Assembly: GCA_036785375.1 (NCBI GenBank) | Contig: JAWMAR010000133.1 | Span: 2,232,001 to 2,296,000, forward strand | Length of the DNA: 64,000 nucleotides | Source: Leucoraja ocellata | Lineage: Eukaryota | Reading direction: 5' to 3' | Shown: piece by piece, positions 39,598-51,874 of the stretch | Numbering within the stretch: the stretch's first letter is position 1 | Layout of the letters: each line of letters begins with the position of its first letter | The notes under the pieces: model-generated | Seen by the model: the letters and a program-made list of their open reading frames with translations, nothing else | Database searches by the model: none | Told to the model about the DNA's origin: nothing | Made by a program: the position numbers and the translations under genes

Positions 39598-40239
39598 ACA
39601 GTTCAATGTATGAAGAGTTTTCTCAGACACACACGTCTGTATACCTAAAACCTTGACCATGACCACATGGACAAACACCAGGCCACCATCTCCCTGACAG
39701 TTACCGATCTAATCACCTCTGACCACCGCCCCTCCAAACTCCAAACTGATCATTTGCTCGCTTCACACTGCACATTGATTTTCACCTTCCCCAAAATCCA
39801 CGTAGGACTGCCCTGGATGCCCCAATGTTTCAGCCATCTCCTGCCCTACCGTACCCTTATCGTTCATCTTCCTCACACTGCCCATTCATATCACCTATCC
39901 AAAATCCATAAACAGTGAGTCCTGGCAGTCCCATCTCCAAATACCTCAGTCTGAAGTAGGATCATGTTCTCCAGAGATCCAGCCTGACTCACTGTGTTAA
40001 CTCTAGCACTCTGTTTGTTTTGTAAACCAGCATCTGCAGTTTCTTAGATAGACTCAAAATGGTGGAGTAACTCAGCGGGTCAAGTAGCATGTATGGAGAA
40101 AACGGGTAGGTGACGTCTATCCATTGTAAGAGGGAGGGGGGAAGAGAACCGGAGCAAATGCTTTGTTTCCATGCCTCGGTTCTATCTTGTCCCCCCCCCC
40201 CCCCCCCATTACCATGCCAAGTCCCTTCCACTCCCTATA

Positions 40240-40422
40240 NNNNNNNNNNNNNNNNNNNNNNNNNNNNNNNNNNNNNNNNNNNNNNNNNNNNNNNNNNNNN
40301 NNNNNNNNNNNNNNNNNNNNNNNNNNNNNNNNNNNNNNNNNNNNNNNNNNNNNNNNNNNNNNNNNNNNNNNNNNNNNNNNNNNNNNNNNNNNNNNNNNNN
40401 NNNNNNNNNNNNNNNNNNNNNN
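40240..40422. other. Assembly gap
   Basis: N run. Confidence 1.
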
Positions 40423-40810
40423 TACGCACAGATGTGCATAATACATATACACACATATACATATACACACATGTACATAATACACATATACATACAAATA
40501 CACACATGTACATGATACAGATATGCACATACATGTACATACATATATCCACAAATATACATACATATACACACACAGACATATGTACATGTGTTCGGTC
40601 TGAAGAAGGGTCTCGACCCGAAACGTCACCCATTCCTTCTCTCCAGAGATGCTGCCTGACCCGCATCTGCAGTTATTTCTTGTACATACACACATATACA
40701 TATAGATCACATGCAAACACATTTATTTATATATATTTCTAGCTACAGTATATATACAGAGACATTATCCGTGTATTAATAATGCCTGTGTTTATACACA
40801 TACACACATA
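40423..40810. repeat. (AC/AT)-rich low-complexity tract
   Basis: Degenerate ACATAT/ACAC repeats beside the gap. Confidence 0.85.
40597..40630 (+). ncRNA. Minimal hammerhead ribozyme motif
   Basis: GGU-CUGAAGA-A-GGGUCUCGACCC-GAAACGUC-ACC; 3-bp stem I. Confidence 0.7.
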
Positions 40811-40849
40811 TTAATTGCACGAATGCAGTTTATTCAGGGAGCTGACAGA

Positions 40850-41350
40850 CAGTTAAAGGGCAGGGCCCGCGGGCCCGGGACTGGACGGGACGCTGCCGCC
40901 TGATCGTGGTCGCCCGGCCCCGGCTCCCTCCCCACCCGCCGGCCCGGGCGCCTGTTACCCGGTCGGTGCCCCCACCGCACCCCGGCCCACCCCGGCCCCC
41001 CGCTGCCGTCCCCCCGCGGCGGGAAGCGGACGGACACCCCTTGACTCTCACCCTCCTCGCCGCCATCTTGTCGTCCACGTGTCACGCGCGACGTCACCGA
41101 CGTCACTCAGGCCCCGCCCCTCCCCCAAACCCCGCCCTCATTAACCCGGACCCTCCCACAAACCCCGCCCCTCCTCCCAAACCCCGCCCTCCCTTAACCC
41201 GGCCCCTCCCCGCCTCCAAAACCCCGCCCTCCCTTAACCCGGCCCCTCCCCGCCTCCAAAACTCCGCCCCTCCTCGAAACCCCGCCCCTCCTCAAACCCC
41301 GCCTCTCTCACAGACCCCGCCCCTCTCACAGACCCCGCCCCCTCCCCCAG
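40850..41350 (-). promoter_or_regulatory. CpG island / TM9SF4 promoter
   Basis: GC- and CpG-rich around exon 1; about a dozen CCCGCC GC boxes, two TGACGTC CRE-like sites (41090-41106), CACGTG E-box (41076-41081), YY1-like AAGATGGCGGC over the ATG. Confidence 0.85.
41052..41066 (-). CDS. TM9SF4: TM9SF4 exon 1 coding part (MAARR)
   Basis: caagATGGCG Kozak context in CpG island, 15 nt then GTGAGA donor, phase 0 fits exon 2. Confidence 0.85.
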
Positions 41351-42689
41351 ACCATTGACACTAAAGATACTAGTATCCTCCAGTAGACAAACATGCTGGA
41401 GAAACTCAGCAGGTGAGGCAGCATCTATGGAGCGAAGGAATAGGTGACGTTTCGGGTTGAGACACACATGTATATACATAAGAAGGGTCTGATGGAGGGT
41501 CTCGACTCTCCTTCACCCAGAAAAATTGCACTATTACGAGTATATGTACGTATATATATTTATTGCTCATTATTCTATGTTCACTCGTCTGGGGCGATGC
41601 TAACTGCATTTCGTTGTCTCTGTACGGCACACTGCACAATGACAATAAAGTTTGAATCTGAATCTGAATCCATAGATGCTGCCTGTCCCGCTGAGTTTCT
41701 CCAGCATTTTTGTCTATCTTCGATTTTCCAGCAGCTGCAGTTCCTTCTTAAACAGTATCCCCTAGTATCTTTGATTGATAGTCTGCTGGAAATCGAGGAA
41801 GGCAGCTGCAAACTCTCCCTTGTAGACACAAAATGTTGGAGTAACTCAGCGGGACAGGCAGCGCCTCTCGCAAGAAGGAATGGGTGGCATTTCGGGTCGA
41901 GACCCTTCTTCAGACTGATGTCGGGGGAGAGGGAGACACAGAGATGGAATGTGGTCGGAGACAGTGAGACTGGTGGGAGAACTGGGAAGGGGGAGGGGAT
42001 GGAGAGAGAGAGGGAAAGCAACGGCTGTCTGAATTTTTCTTTCAAGTTTCGATTTAAACCAACATCTGCAGTTCTTCTGACACAAACTCTCCCTTGTCCC
42101 GTCTTCAGTGACCCGAAACGTCATCCATTCCTTCTCTCCAGAGATGCTGCCTGACCCGCTGAGCTACCCCAGCATTTTTTGTCTCCCTTTTCCTCTCTAA
42201 TTAAGCATTTGCACTTCAAAGCACCATGGAGAGAAAATGTGCATTCATTTTTAAACATAGATACACAGACAATAGGCGCAGGAATAGGCCATTTGGCCTT
42301 TCTAGCCACCACCACCATTCAAATATCCAATCAGTACACCACCGTTCCTGCTTGCTCCCCATATTCCTTGATTCTGTCAGCCCTAGGATCTAAATCTTAC
42401 TCTCTCTTCAAAACATCCAGTGAATTGGCCTCCACTGCCTTCCTCTGTGGCAGAGAATTCCACACATTCACAACTGTTTTCCCTCATCTCATTTTCCTTT
42501 TCCTCTCTACACTTTGCACTTCAAAACTACATGGAAAAAATGTGCATTCATTTAGATTATTTATTCCCTGCCCATGTTGAGGTTGCATTTGCAACAACAC
42601 TATTGTTATGATTGCAAACACAATACTGTATCACTCTGTAACACAAATTGTATCACTCCATGACATCTCTGTCATTTCACTTCCATTTT

Positions 42690-42857
42690 GCTGCCTGACC
42701 CACTGAGTTATTCCAGCACTTTGTGAAACGTCACCTATCAAGGTTCTCCAGAGATGCTGCCTGACCCACTGAGTTACTCCAGTACTCTGTGAAACGTCAC
42801 CTATCCATGTTCTCCAGAGATGCTGCCTGACCCGCTGAGTTACTCCAGTACTCTGTG
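42690..42857 (+). repeat. 66-bp tandem repeat (about 2.5 copies) of Penelope-derived 3' sequence
   Basis: Units start at 42690, 42756 and 42822. Confidence 0.85.
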
Positions 42858-42896
42858 TATTAATCTGTTCTGGCAATAGTTTCCCATTTTAGCATA

Positions 42897-44558
42897 TCTA
42901 TATGACTAAAAGTCTCATCTTGACCGCTTCTTGTCTGCGCTGTACATTGATTTTAGAAAAAACGCTACCCTATATTGCTATGATTTTTGGCCATCGTACT
43001 CACAGTCCTCCTCCGCTGTAGCAGCCATGAGGATTTTTCCGAATGATGCAAAATAAAAAAGTTGTGAGTGTTTAAAAAATCTTGAGATCAGCTGATTGGT
43101 CCTCTCGCCTGTCAATCACCATGATGAAGGTAACGCCCCTTCCAGGATCAGACAAGATTCAAGATTCATGATAGATTTAATTGTCACGTGTGCCTGATGG
43201 CACAGTGAAATGAGTTTCCATACAGCCATACAATAAAAATCAACAGGACACAACACACTATAGAGTTTGACATAAAACATCCCCACACAGCAGAATCAAA
43301 GTTCCCCACTGTGTGGGAAGGCACCAAAGTCAGACAAGACTATGAAACCCCGGATGCCTGGACGTGAGTCAGTCACTCTGGAAGGTTTGAGGGAGAGGCC
43401 ACAACTGTGATTCTAAGCTGTGAAGCAACTGAACTGTGAGTCTGCAATGTACTTGCAATAAATGATTTATTAGCCCTTAATGACAATACTGTCATTAAGT
43501 GGTGTCAAAAGGAAGCACGAAGTCCAGTGTTTTGAGAGGCACCTTTTATTATGTTCCTCCCGGTTGTAGGGAAGACCAAACAAGAGAAAGATGGCACCCA
43601 AACCCCTGCCTTTAAACCCTCTGGCTAAGGGCCGCCTCCGGACTGAACCACTCCCGTGCCGAGGGGTTCGACAGTATGATGGCACGATCCTTGGGAGCCG
43701 CCACAATACCATGTTTGGCCTGCCCTGTGCTTGAAACTGCAATGGAAAATGGAAATGAAATGACAATGCCATGAGTTGTTTGGCCTGCCCTGTGCTTGAG
43801 ACTGCAATGCAAAATGGAAATGAAAATGACAATGCCATGAGTTGTTTGGCCTGCCTTGGGCTTGAAATGGTAATGGAAATGAAATGAGTTGTTTGGCCTG
43901 CCTGAAACCACTAATTTCGGCCCACATATCCCCCTATTAGTCGAGAAACCAGTCCCTTTTGCCCAAAATGCCCGTATTAGCCCAGTTGGAGCATTTTGGC
44001 CCTAAAGGACCGTGCCAGGCCAGGAAAGGTCCAGAAAACGCCCGTTTCACTGAGATTTTGTTTTTTAAGTCCCTTCGGCCCATCAGTAAGTATTTTCCCT
44101 GCAAGTATTAAACCTAACTCCAGTATTTTTCTCCCTCCCTTCATTGGCTCCCTGTGAGATCCAGGCCAGGACAGACTTTCCTCCTTCATTGCTGTGATCT
44201 GCAGAAAAAAATGAAAAATGTCTAAAATTGATTCTCCACCCTCTCCCCCTCCTCTCTCTCAGTCTCGCACCTGTTTTGGGCAGTATTTCTGGTAGTTTCT
44301 GAGTTGCCAGCCCACCAGGCCTGAGTGACTGAGCTGCCAGCCCAAAAATCCATTCGTCCCACAATGTCCATACTTGCCCTCTGGAAACCAGTCCCATCGG
44401 CCCACAACACCCATACTAGCACTCCAGAAAGCCCCCCCCCCCCCCGCCAACCCCCCCACTGGCCACCAATATTGGAATTGGTGGAGAGGTGGAAGATTGC
44501 GTTGGGGGACCAGCCCTCCCGTGTGAACATGGGACCCAACGGGTCCCACTTAGTCTAG
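42897..44558 (+). mobile_element. Non-autonomous Helitron
   Basis: A|TCTATAT 5' end; 3' hairpin GGGACCC-AAC-GGGTCCC then CTAG|T; no TSD; internal tandem repeats of about 62 nt at 43705-43905. Confidence 0.8.
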
Positions 44559-44661
44559 TGTTCCATTAAAATTCGTCAAGATCTGTTTAACTGGTTTATT
44601 ATTTTTAAATGCCTCTGAATATCAGTGCTATGCACACTGTGATGTGCTGCTTGTATTTTGC

Positions 44662-44692
<31 letters not shown>

Positions 44693-45760
44693 ATTTTATT
44701 TATGGGCACCTTTCAAGAGTCTCAAGGACACCTTACAAAAATTTAGCAAGTAGAGGAAAAACATGTAAGGGGAATGAAATTAATAGTAGAGACATGACTA
44801 GTACACAAATCATAAATTAAAGACAGAATTCAATTCAAAACACAATATGAGGCAAAATACACCCAGAATACAATTTAAAGTTGACATTCTAGAGAGACCC
44901 ACCCATGCGTTAGTCACTTGTTTATTTGCAATAAGTTCACAACTCCATTGTTCTGACAGTAATATTATCCAGTACTATTCTACTTTTTCTACAAGGATGA
45001 TATTACAGTACTGGTGTGTTATGTTCTGAGTTGTGGATCACAAAAGATTGACACACCGCCAACACAAAGCTGGGTTTAATTTAAACGGTTTCTAATTTTG
45101 GTCAGGGAATTGTGACAACACCAGCAGTCATGAAATGAAAGGACATGAATTATGCACTACTAGTTAGTTCCAGCATCTTATTCTTCTGGGGCGTGCAGAG
45201 CCTAAAGTTGTAGGTCAGCCTGTTCTATCTGATTGCTTTGTTTGTGTACGTCGGGTTGATTGCATTAGATGGACCATGTGAAGGTTGCAATCTCCCACCC
45301 CAGCATCTTGTCAAGGGCATAGGACATAGAACAGTACAGCACACAAACAGGCCCTTCAGCCCACAAGGTCCATGATGTCAAGGCCAACTCCTATCTGCCT
45401 GTGCATAATCCATATCCCTCCATTCACTGCATATCAACATGCCTGTTCAACTCTTTTAAATGCCACTAATATATCTGCCTCCACGATCACCTCCCACCCT
45501 CTGTTTCAAAACGTGCCCTGCACATCTCCTTTAAGCTTTGCCCCTCTCAAGGTAAAAGTTATGCCTTCCAGTAAAATTGATTTTTCCATCCTGGAAAAAA
45601 GGCTCTGACTGTCTATCCTGTCTATGCCTCTCCTAATTGTATATTCTTCCATCATGTATCCCAACAATTTCAGGTTCCCAGGTATTCTTTTACTCTGGTC
45701 ACTTCAGGTTTGACGGCCTGTACTCTGGAGAACACATGAAGTTTGTAACTCAGTGACTAA

Positions 45761-45986
45761 TGCCCCTGTCCCACTTAGGAAACCTGAACGGAAACCTCTT
45801 GAGACTTTGCTCCCCACCCAAGGTTTTCGTGCGGTTCCCGGAGGTTTTTATCAGTCTCCCTATCTGCTTCCACTATCTGCAACCTCCGGCAACCACCTGC
45901 AACCTCCGGGAACCGCACGGAAACCTTGGGTGGGGCGCAAAGTCTCCAGAGGTTTCCGTTCAAGTTTCCTAAGTGGGACAGGGGCA
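45761..45986. mobile_element. PIF/Harbinger-type MITE, near-perfect palindrome
   Basis: TGCCCCTGTCCCACTTAGGAAAC.. arms of about 85 bp, TAA/TTA flanks. Confidence 0.8.
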
Positions 45987-46639
45987 TTAGGATACCTCGT
46001 GTAAGAAAGAACTGCAGATGCTGGTCGACATAAATCGAAGGTAGACATAAAATGCTGGAGTAACTCAACGGGTGAGGCAGCATCTCTGGATCCCATTCCT
46101 TCTCTCCAGAGACGCTGCCTCACCCGCTGAGTTACTCCAGCATTTTGTGTCTACACTCAGTATACCTTTATTGTCGTTGCCAAATTGCAGCAATTATGAC
46201 TCTCTAATACCAGGAAGTGAAAATCATCTTGAAATAAAATAGTCAGTAATAAAAATCATACTTTTTGGTCTATTGGAGATTAAAATTAATCCGATTTTTT
46301 TGGCAAGCTCTGTAGAACTTAGTTGTGATTACAAAGTTCTTTAAACATGCGAGCGTGATGCGTCTAGTGTGATTGTGACATAGCTGGTTGTAATTAAGTG
46401 TGAGTGTAAGTAAATTAGTCAAGTTATTGTCAGATGTATAAATATGGGTAGACAGAGATACATTGAAAGTCATACCTGCGGCAATATCACGGCCATGTAA
46501 ACTCAAACTGTACAGGAGGCAACTCAGAATACAGAGGATAAAGTCTGGAGATATCCTTGAATATTCCAGCCAGATTGTCCTCACACAAGTCTTTAACAAT
46601 TGACCAGATATGCTGATATATGCTGATATAAATGCTACA

Positions 46640-47215
46640 CTTGTCACTTTACCTCCCCCCCCTCCACTCCATCCAAGGACCCAAGCAGTCTTTCCAGGTG
46701 AGGCAGAGGTTCACCTGCACCTCCTCCAACCTCATCTATTGCATCCGCTGCTCTAGGTGTCAGCTGCTCTACATCAGTGAGACCTAGCGTAGGCTTGGCG
46801 ATCGCTTCGCCCAACACCTCCGCTCAGTTCGCAAAAATCAACCCGATCTCCCGGTGGCTCAGCACTTCAACTCCCCTTCCCATTCCGAATCCGACCTTTC
46901 TGTCCTGGGCCTCCTCCATGGCCAGAGTGAGTCCCACCGCAAATTGGAGGAGCAGCACCTCATATTTCGCTTGGGTAGTTTACACCCCAGCGGTATGAAC
47001 ATTGACTTCTCCAATTTCAGGTAGTCCCTGCTTTCTCCCTCTTTCCCCTCCCATTCCCAGCTCCCCCACAGCCCACTGTCTCCGCCTCTTTGTTTCATCT
47101 TCCCACCCCCCTCCCACATAAGTCTGAAGAAGGGTCTCGACCCGAAACGTCACCTATTCCTTCGCTCCATAGATGCTGCCTCACCCGCTGAGTTTCTCCA
47201 GCATTTTTGTCTACC
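46640..47215 (+). mobile_element. Penelope-like element 3' fragment: GIY-YIG endonuclease pseudogene (46668-47024) plus 3' repeat with hammerhead motif
   Basis: FTCTSSNLIYCIRCSRCQLLYISET*RRLGDRFAQH..VAQHF..RKLEEQHLIFRLGSLHPSGMN; in-frame stop at 46785. Confidence 0.9.
47121..47155 (+). ncRNA. Minimal type I hammerhead ribozyme motif (PLE-associated)
   Basis: CUGAAGA-A-GGGUC(UC)GACCC-GAAA-CGUC core. Confidence 0.7.
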
Positions 47216-47491
47216 GAAGGAAATGCAGATGCAGGTTTACAAAAAAAAGAAACAAAGTGCTGGAGTAACTCAGCAGGTCAGGCAGCATCTTTGGAGAACA
47301 TGGATAGGTGATGTTTCAGGTTGGAGCCTTCTTCAAACTCGCTGAAGTAGGGTCCCGACCAGAGTCACTGTCAATCCATGTTCTCCATAGATGCTGCCCG
47401 TCCTGCTGAGTTACTCCAACAGACAAAACGAGTAGGAAGGAACCGCAGATGCTAGCTTAAACCGAAGATAGACACAAAAATGTTGGAGTAA

Positions 47492-47812
47492 TAGCCCTGT
47501 CCCACAGTGCGAGTTCATTCCAAGAGCTCTCCCGAGTTTAAAAAAAATCAAACTCGTGGTTAGCACGGAGAATGAACGTAGCGGGTACGTCGGAGCTCGG
47601 GGACGTCCCTTAGCACTAACGGCAGGTACTCGGGAAGACTCGCTAACGGCAGGTAAGCACGGGAAGACTAGTGAAGATTTTTCAACGTGATGAAAAATGT
47701 CCACGAGAGCCCCGAGTACCGACGAGTGGTCATTACCGTAAATCTCCCGAGTTCGAATCAGGGCAAACTCGGGAGAGCTCTGGGAATGAACTCGTACCGT
47801 GGGACAGGGGTT
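47492..47812. mobile_element. PIF/Harbinger-type MITE nested in a Penelope-derived repeat
   Basis: Interrupts GGAGTAA|CTCAG with 3-bp TWA flanks. Confidence 0.8.
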
Positions 47813-48490
47813 TTACTCAGCGGGACAGGCTGCATCTCTGGAGAGAAGGAATGGGTGTCAAGACCCTTCTTCAGGCAGATCAGTCTCCTGAAGATCCCTT
47901 CATTGGTGAGAAGGCCAGTAGCTGTGATGGGCCGGGCTGTGTCCACCACTCTGTCATTCATGGGCATTCTATACATTACAGGCCTGATGGCTGGCAATTT
48001 CCTGTCTATTTTCACCCAGCCTATCGGTAAAACTCCAAACCCTAAACCCAGTATGGTCTTTGGTTGCATTGCATCACCTCAGTCTGTCCCTAAATCTCGA
48101 CCTATGTACCCTCTCTCCAACAAATGTCCGTGTTTGTATGTTTCCCATCATTGGCCCTGGCGAACACTGGCATGACTGAGCTCGCCAGTTTCCTTCACTG
48201 AAAATTTGAGACTGAGGCTTTTGTTCTCTGCACTCTTTGTTTCTTTGCCAACGACTTAATCCTGTTGTCTCGTCAGTCAAGCAGAGTGGTTGCCAGCGCA
48301 ATTATTCTTGTAGAGTACTGCTCGCTGGCAATAACCCCCTCACCTGCATACACCTGTCACCTGCCTCCACCTGTAACCTGTTTCCACCTTTTACCACCTG
48401 TTACCTGCCACATGCCCCCTGCCACGTTTAGGCTGTACTCCGTTAAGTCCTGATCTGAAACACCACTGATCCATGCTTTCCAGAAATGCT

Positions 48491-48801
48491 TCAGAAGGTA
48501 GACAAAAGTGCTGGAGAAACTCAGCGGGTGCAGCAGCATCTATGGGGCCAAGGAAATAGGCGACGTTTCGGGCCGAAACCCTTTGGGTTTCGACCCGAAA
48601 CGTCGCCTATTTCCTTCGGGTTTCGACCCGAAACGTTGCCTATTTCCTTTGGGTTTCAGCCCGAAACGTTGCCTATTTCCTTTGGGTTTCAGCCCGAAAC
48701 GTTGCCTATTTCCTTTGGGTTTCGGCCCGAAACGTCGCCTATTTCCTTCGCTCCATAGATGCTGCTGCACCCGCTGAGTTTCTCCAGCACTTTTGTCTAC
48801 C
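48491..48801. mobile_element. Penelope-derived foldback element with expanded array
   Basis: One 33-nt unit in the left arm and five in the right; 12-bp TSD TCCAGAAATGCT. Confidence 0.8.
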
Positions 48802-50398
48802 TCCAGAAATGCTACCTGACCCGCTGAGTTTTTAGTCTCAGTTTTAGAGATTGATCGTGGAGCCAGGCCCTTTGGCCCACCGTGTCTGCGCTGACCAACT
48901 AGTTCAAACCTACACACCGGGGATAATTTACAGAAGCCAATTAATCTTCAAACACGCACACGTCTTTGGAATGTGGGAGGAAACCAGAGCACCCGGGGGA
49001 AAAAAAACCCCACGCAGAACCCCACGGGGAGAAGGTACAAACTCCGTACAGACAGCTCCCGTGGTCAGGATCGAGCCCAGGTCTCTGGCGCTGTGAGGCA
49101 CCATATCATTGTGCTGCCCGCGGGAGTTACTCCAGCACTAGTTGTTGCCTTCTGTACATCAATCATACAGCCACATACCGTACCAAAGATACACTGGTTC
49201 TATTGACAGTGCATGTGACAATTAAACCACTCCCAGCTCATCACGACCCTGGCGATTCCAATTTTTAATTATCTCGATTTACTTCAACTCATTATGACAA
49301 TAGATGGCGCTGTTGGTCCTTGAAACCCATCAACCAGATAGCCGTTCCTCCTTTTAAAAATGTTTTCTTCATCAATATTCTTTCTACCTCAGCCATTATA
49401 GGACGTCCCATCCAATGATACCCCCCCCCCCCCCCCCCCCCCCATATTCCCATGGCCTATTTGTGATGATCATTGCTGGATTTCACAGCAATGATAAGAG
49501 TCACAGGGTCAATGTTTAAGAAAAAACTGCAGACTCTGGAAACATCGAAGGTAGATACAAATGCTGGAGAGACTCAGTGGGTGAGGCAGCATCTGTGGAG
49601 TGAAGGAATAGGCGACCTTTCTGAAGAAGGGTCTCGACCCGAAACGCCACCTATTCCTTCGCTCCACAGATGCTGCCTCACCCGCTGAGTCATAGAGTCA
49701 TATCACTCTCCAGCTGGTTAGTTTAGTTTAGAGATACATCGCGGAAACAGGCCCGCAGGTTCTCTTGGACACTTTCAAGAGAGAGCTTGAGGGGGCTCTT
49801 AAAGATAGCGGAGCCAGGGGATATGGGGAGAAGGCAGGAACGGGGTACTGATTGGGGATGATCATTGAATGGCGGTGCTGGTTACTCCTGCACCTATTGT
49901 CTATTGCAGGTGCTGGAATCTTGCAAAGAACACAAAATGCTGGAGGGACTCAGCAGGTCGGGCAGCACCTATCCATACCCTCCACAGATGTTATCTGAGC
50001 CGCTGACGAAGAAAGCTTGACTTGACTTGAATTCCTCCAGCACTTAGAGTGTTTTGTTCAAGATTGCAACGTCTGCAGTTCGTCGCGCCTCCATTGCCCT
50101 TTGGAAATCCAGAAAATTACGACTGGTGTCAAAATATTTACAAAGATCAGATGTCATTTTGTACACACTTATGCAGAATCATCATTAATCGTACCTTTTA
50201 GAGTTGACAAATTTCAGAACAAGCAGTGTCGAGATTAAGGCACTTTATTTCACACTTCAAGCATTAATTCAAATATACATTATGAATTCGTATAATTTTG
50301 AAATTATAATTTCATATTTTCAAGCCATGTGAAAAATAAAGGCAGCTTGCAAATCTTTAAGCATGGGCAATACTATAATCCATACTAAGCAAAGCTCT

Positions 50399-50975
50399 TT
50401 AAGAAGGAACTGCAGATGCTGGAAAATCGAGGGTAGACAAAAGTGCTGGAGAATCTCAGCGGGTGCAGCAGCATCTATGGAGTGAAGGAAATAGGCAACG
50501 CTTCGGGCCGAATAGGAACCGTTTCAGGAAATAGGCAACGTTTCGGGCCGAAACCCTTCGGGTTTCGACCCGAAACGTTGCCTATTTCCTTCGCTCCATA
50601 GATGCTGCTGTGCCCGCTGAGTTTCTCCAGCACTTTTGTCTATCTGCAGTTGCTTCCCCCGCAAGGAAAGCTGGAAGCATGGCGATGATTTACATCAACA
50701 CCGGAGTTTGTGACAATGAAAGACGAGGTTATTCGCAGCTGAGGAAGCGAAATTGGATGGTCAACAGTTTTGTGAGAATAAGCTTATTGTGAGTTTCACA
50801 GACAAAGCCAGTGTAGAGAGGTCAAACGGAATGTCCAGAGCAAAGGCAGGACTTTATCTGGTCACTAAAATCCGTTTGCCTATTTCCTTTGGGTATCGGC
50901 CCGAAACGTTGCCTATTTCCTTCGCTCCATAGATGCTGCTGCACCCGCTGAGTTTCTCCAGCATTTTTGTCTACC
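50399..50975. mobile_element. Composite Penelope-derived element with unique internal segment
   Basis: 14-bp TSD CTAAGCAAAGCTCT (50385-50398 and 50976-50989). Confidence 0.75.
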
Positions 50976-51874
50976 CTAAGCAAAGCTCTGCTGGATCTCA
51001 CTATTAATGCCAACTATCATATTCACTGCTATAAATTATTCCCAAATCTTACACATTTGATTAAAATAAAAAAACTTTAAACCATATATATTCTAACAGT
51101 AGAAAGAGGCCAACAAAGTTAATAGATTTATTTTATTTAATAGCGTGGAATTATTTCACTGGTTTTGCTTCAGGAGATATCTCGTGAAAAACTGCTCGTG
51201 TTCGGGATAATTCTCTCTGCTCCGACACCAGTTCTCGTGGAGCGGAGAATATTTCCCAAGGCTCATTTGTTTGCAGGTACAGTTCCCAATTCAGGAAAGA
51301 CACCATTCACACCAACCACAAGTTTTACACATGGGCTTGTGTAACAGGCCATTCAGCCCACCAGATCCATGCCGACCATCGATCACCCATTCACATTAGT
51401 TCTATGTTATCCCTCTTTCCCCATCCACTCCTTACACACCAGGGCAATTTACAGAGGGCCGATTAACATACAAACCCGCACGGCTTTGGGACGTGGGAGG
51501 AAAACCGGAGCGCCCGGAGGAAACCCACGCGGTCACGGGGAGAACGTGCAAACTCCGCACGGGACAAAACTAAAAACCTTAACCTCCAGGCAAATGAACC
51601 CAGGCCTTTGGCATTTTGTTTCGACTGGGGGCCTTACATTGAATGGCGGTGCTGGCTCGATGGGCCGAATGGCCTTCACATGCACCTATTGTCTATTGTC
51701 TTACCTTTGGACTAAGAACATCACTCACACAGAGGTAGCTCCTAGACACATCACTGCTCAGTGCGCGGAAATCGAGTGTGACTGCTGTCGCAAGAGTAAT
51801 ATTGGCAACTTCACAAAGTGGAAGATTCGGCCAGACATCCCATTAGTTAACGGTGAAACCGGGTCCGCATAACT

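Larger units (their letters stand above)
3518..41066 (-). other. TM9SF4: TM9SF4 gene span (exons 1-12; remaining exons lie outside the window)
   Basis: Twelve GT-AG exons with compatible phases translate to a TM9SF4-like protein ([37 protein letters not shown]); downstream of HCK on the same strand, as in human. Confidence 0.97.

Noticed and set aside
42690-42857. Tandem hammerhead (retrozyme-like) array
   Set aside because: Units keep GAAACGTC but lack CUGANGA and stem II
48540-48750. CRISPR-like array of 33-nt palindromic repeats
   Set aside because: Units are contiguous with no unique spacers, there are no cas genes, and the context is eukaryotic; it is part of a Penelope-derived repeat
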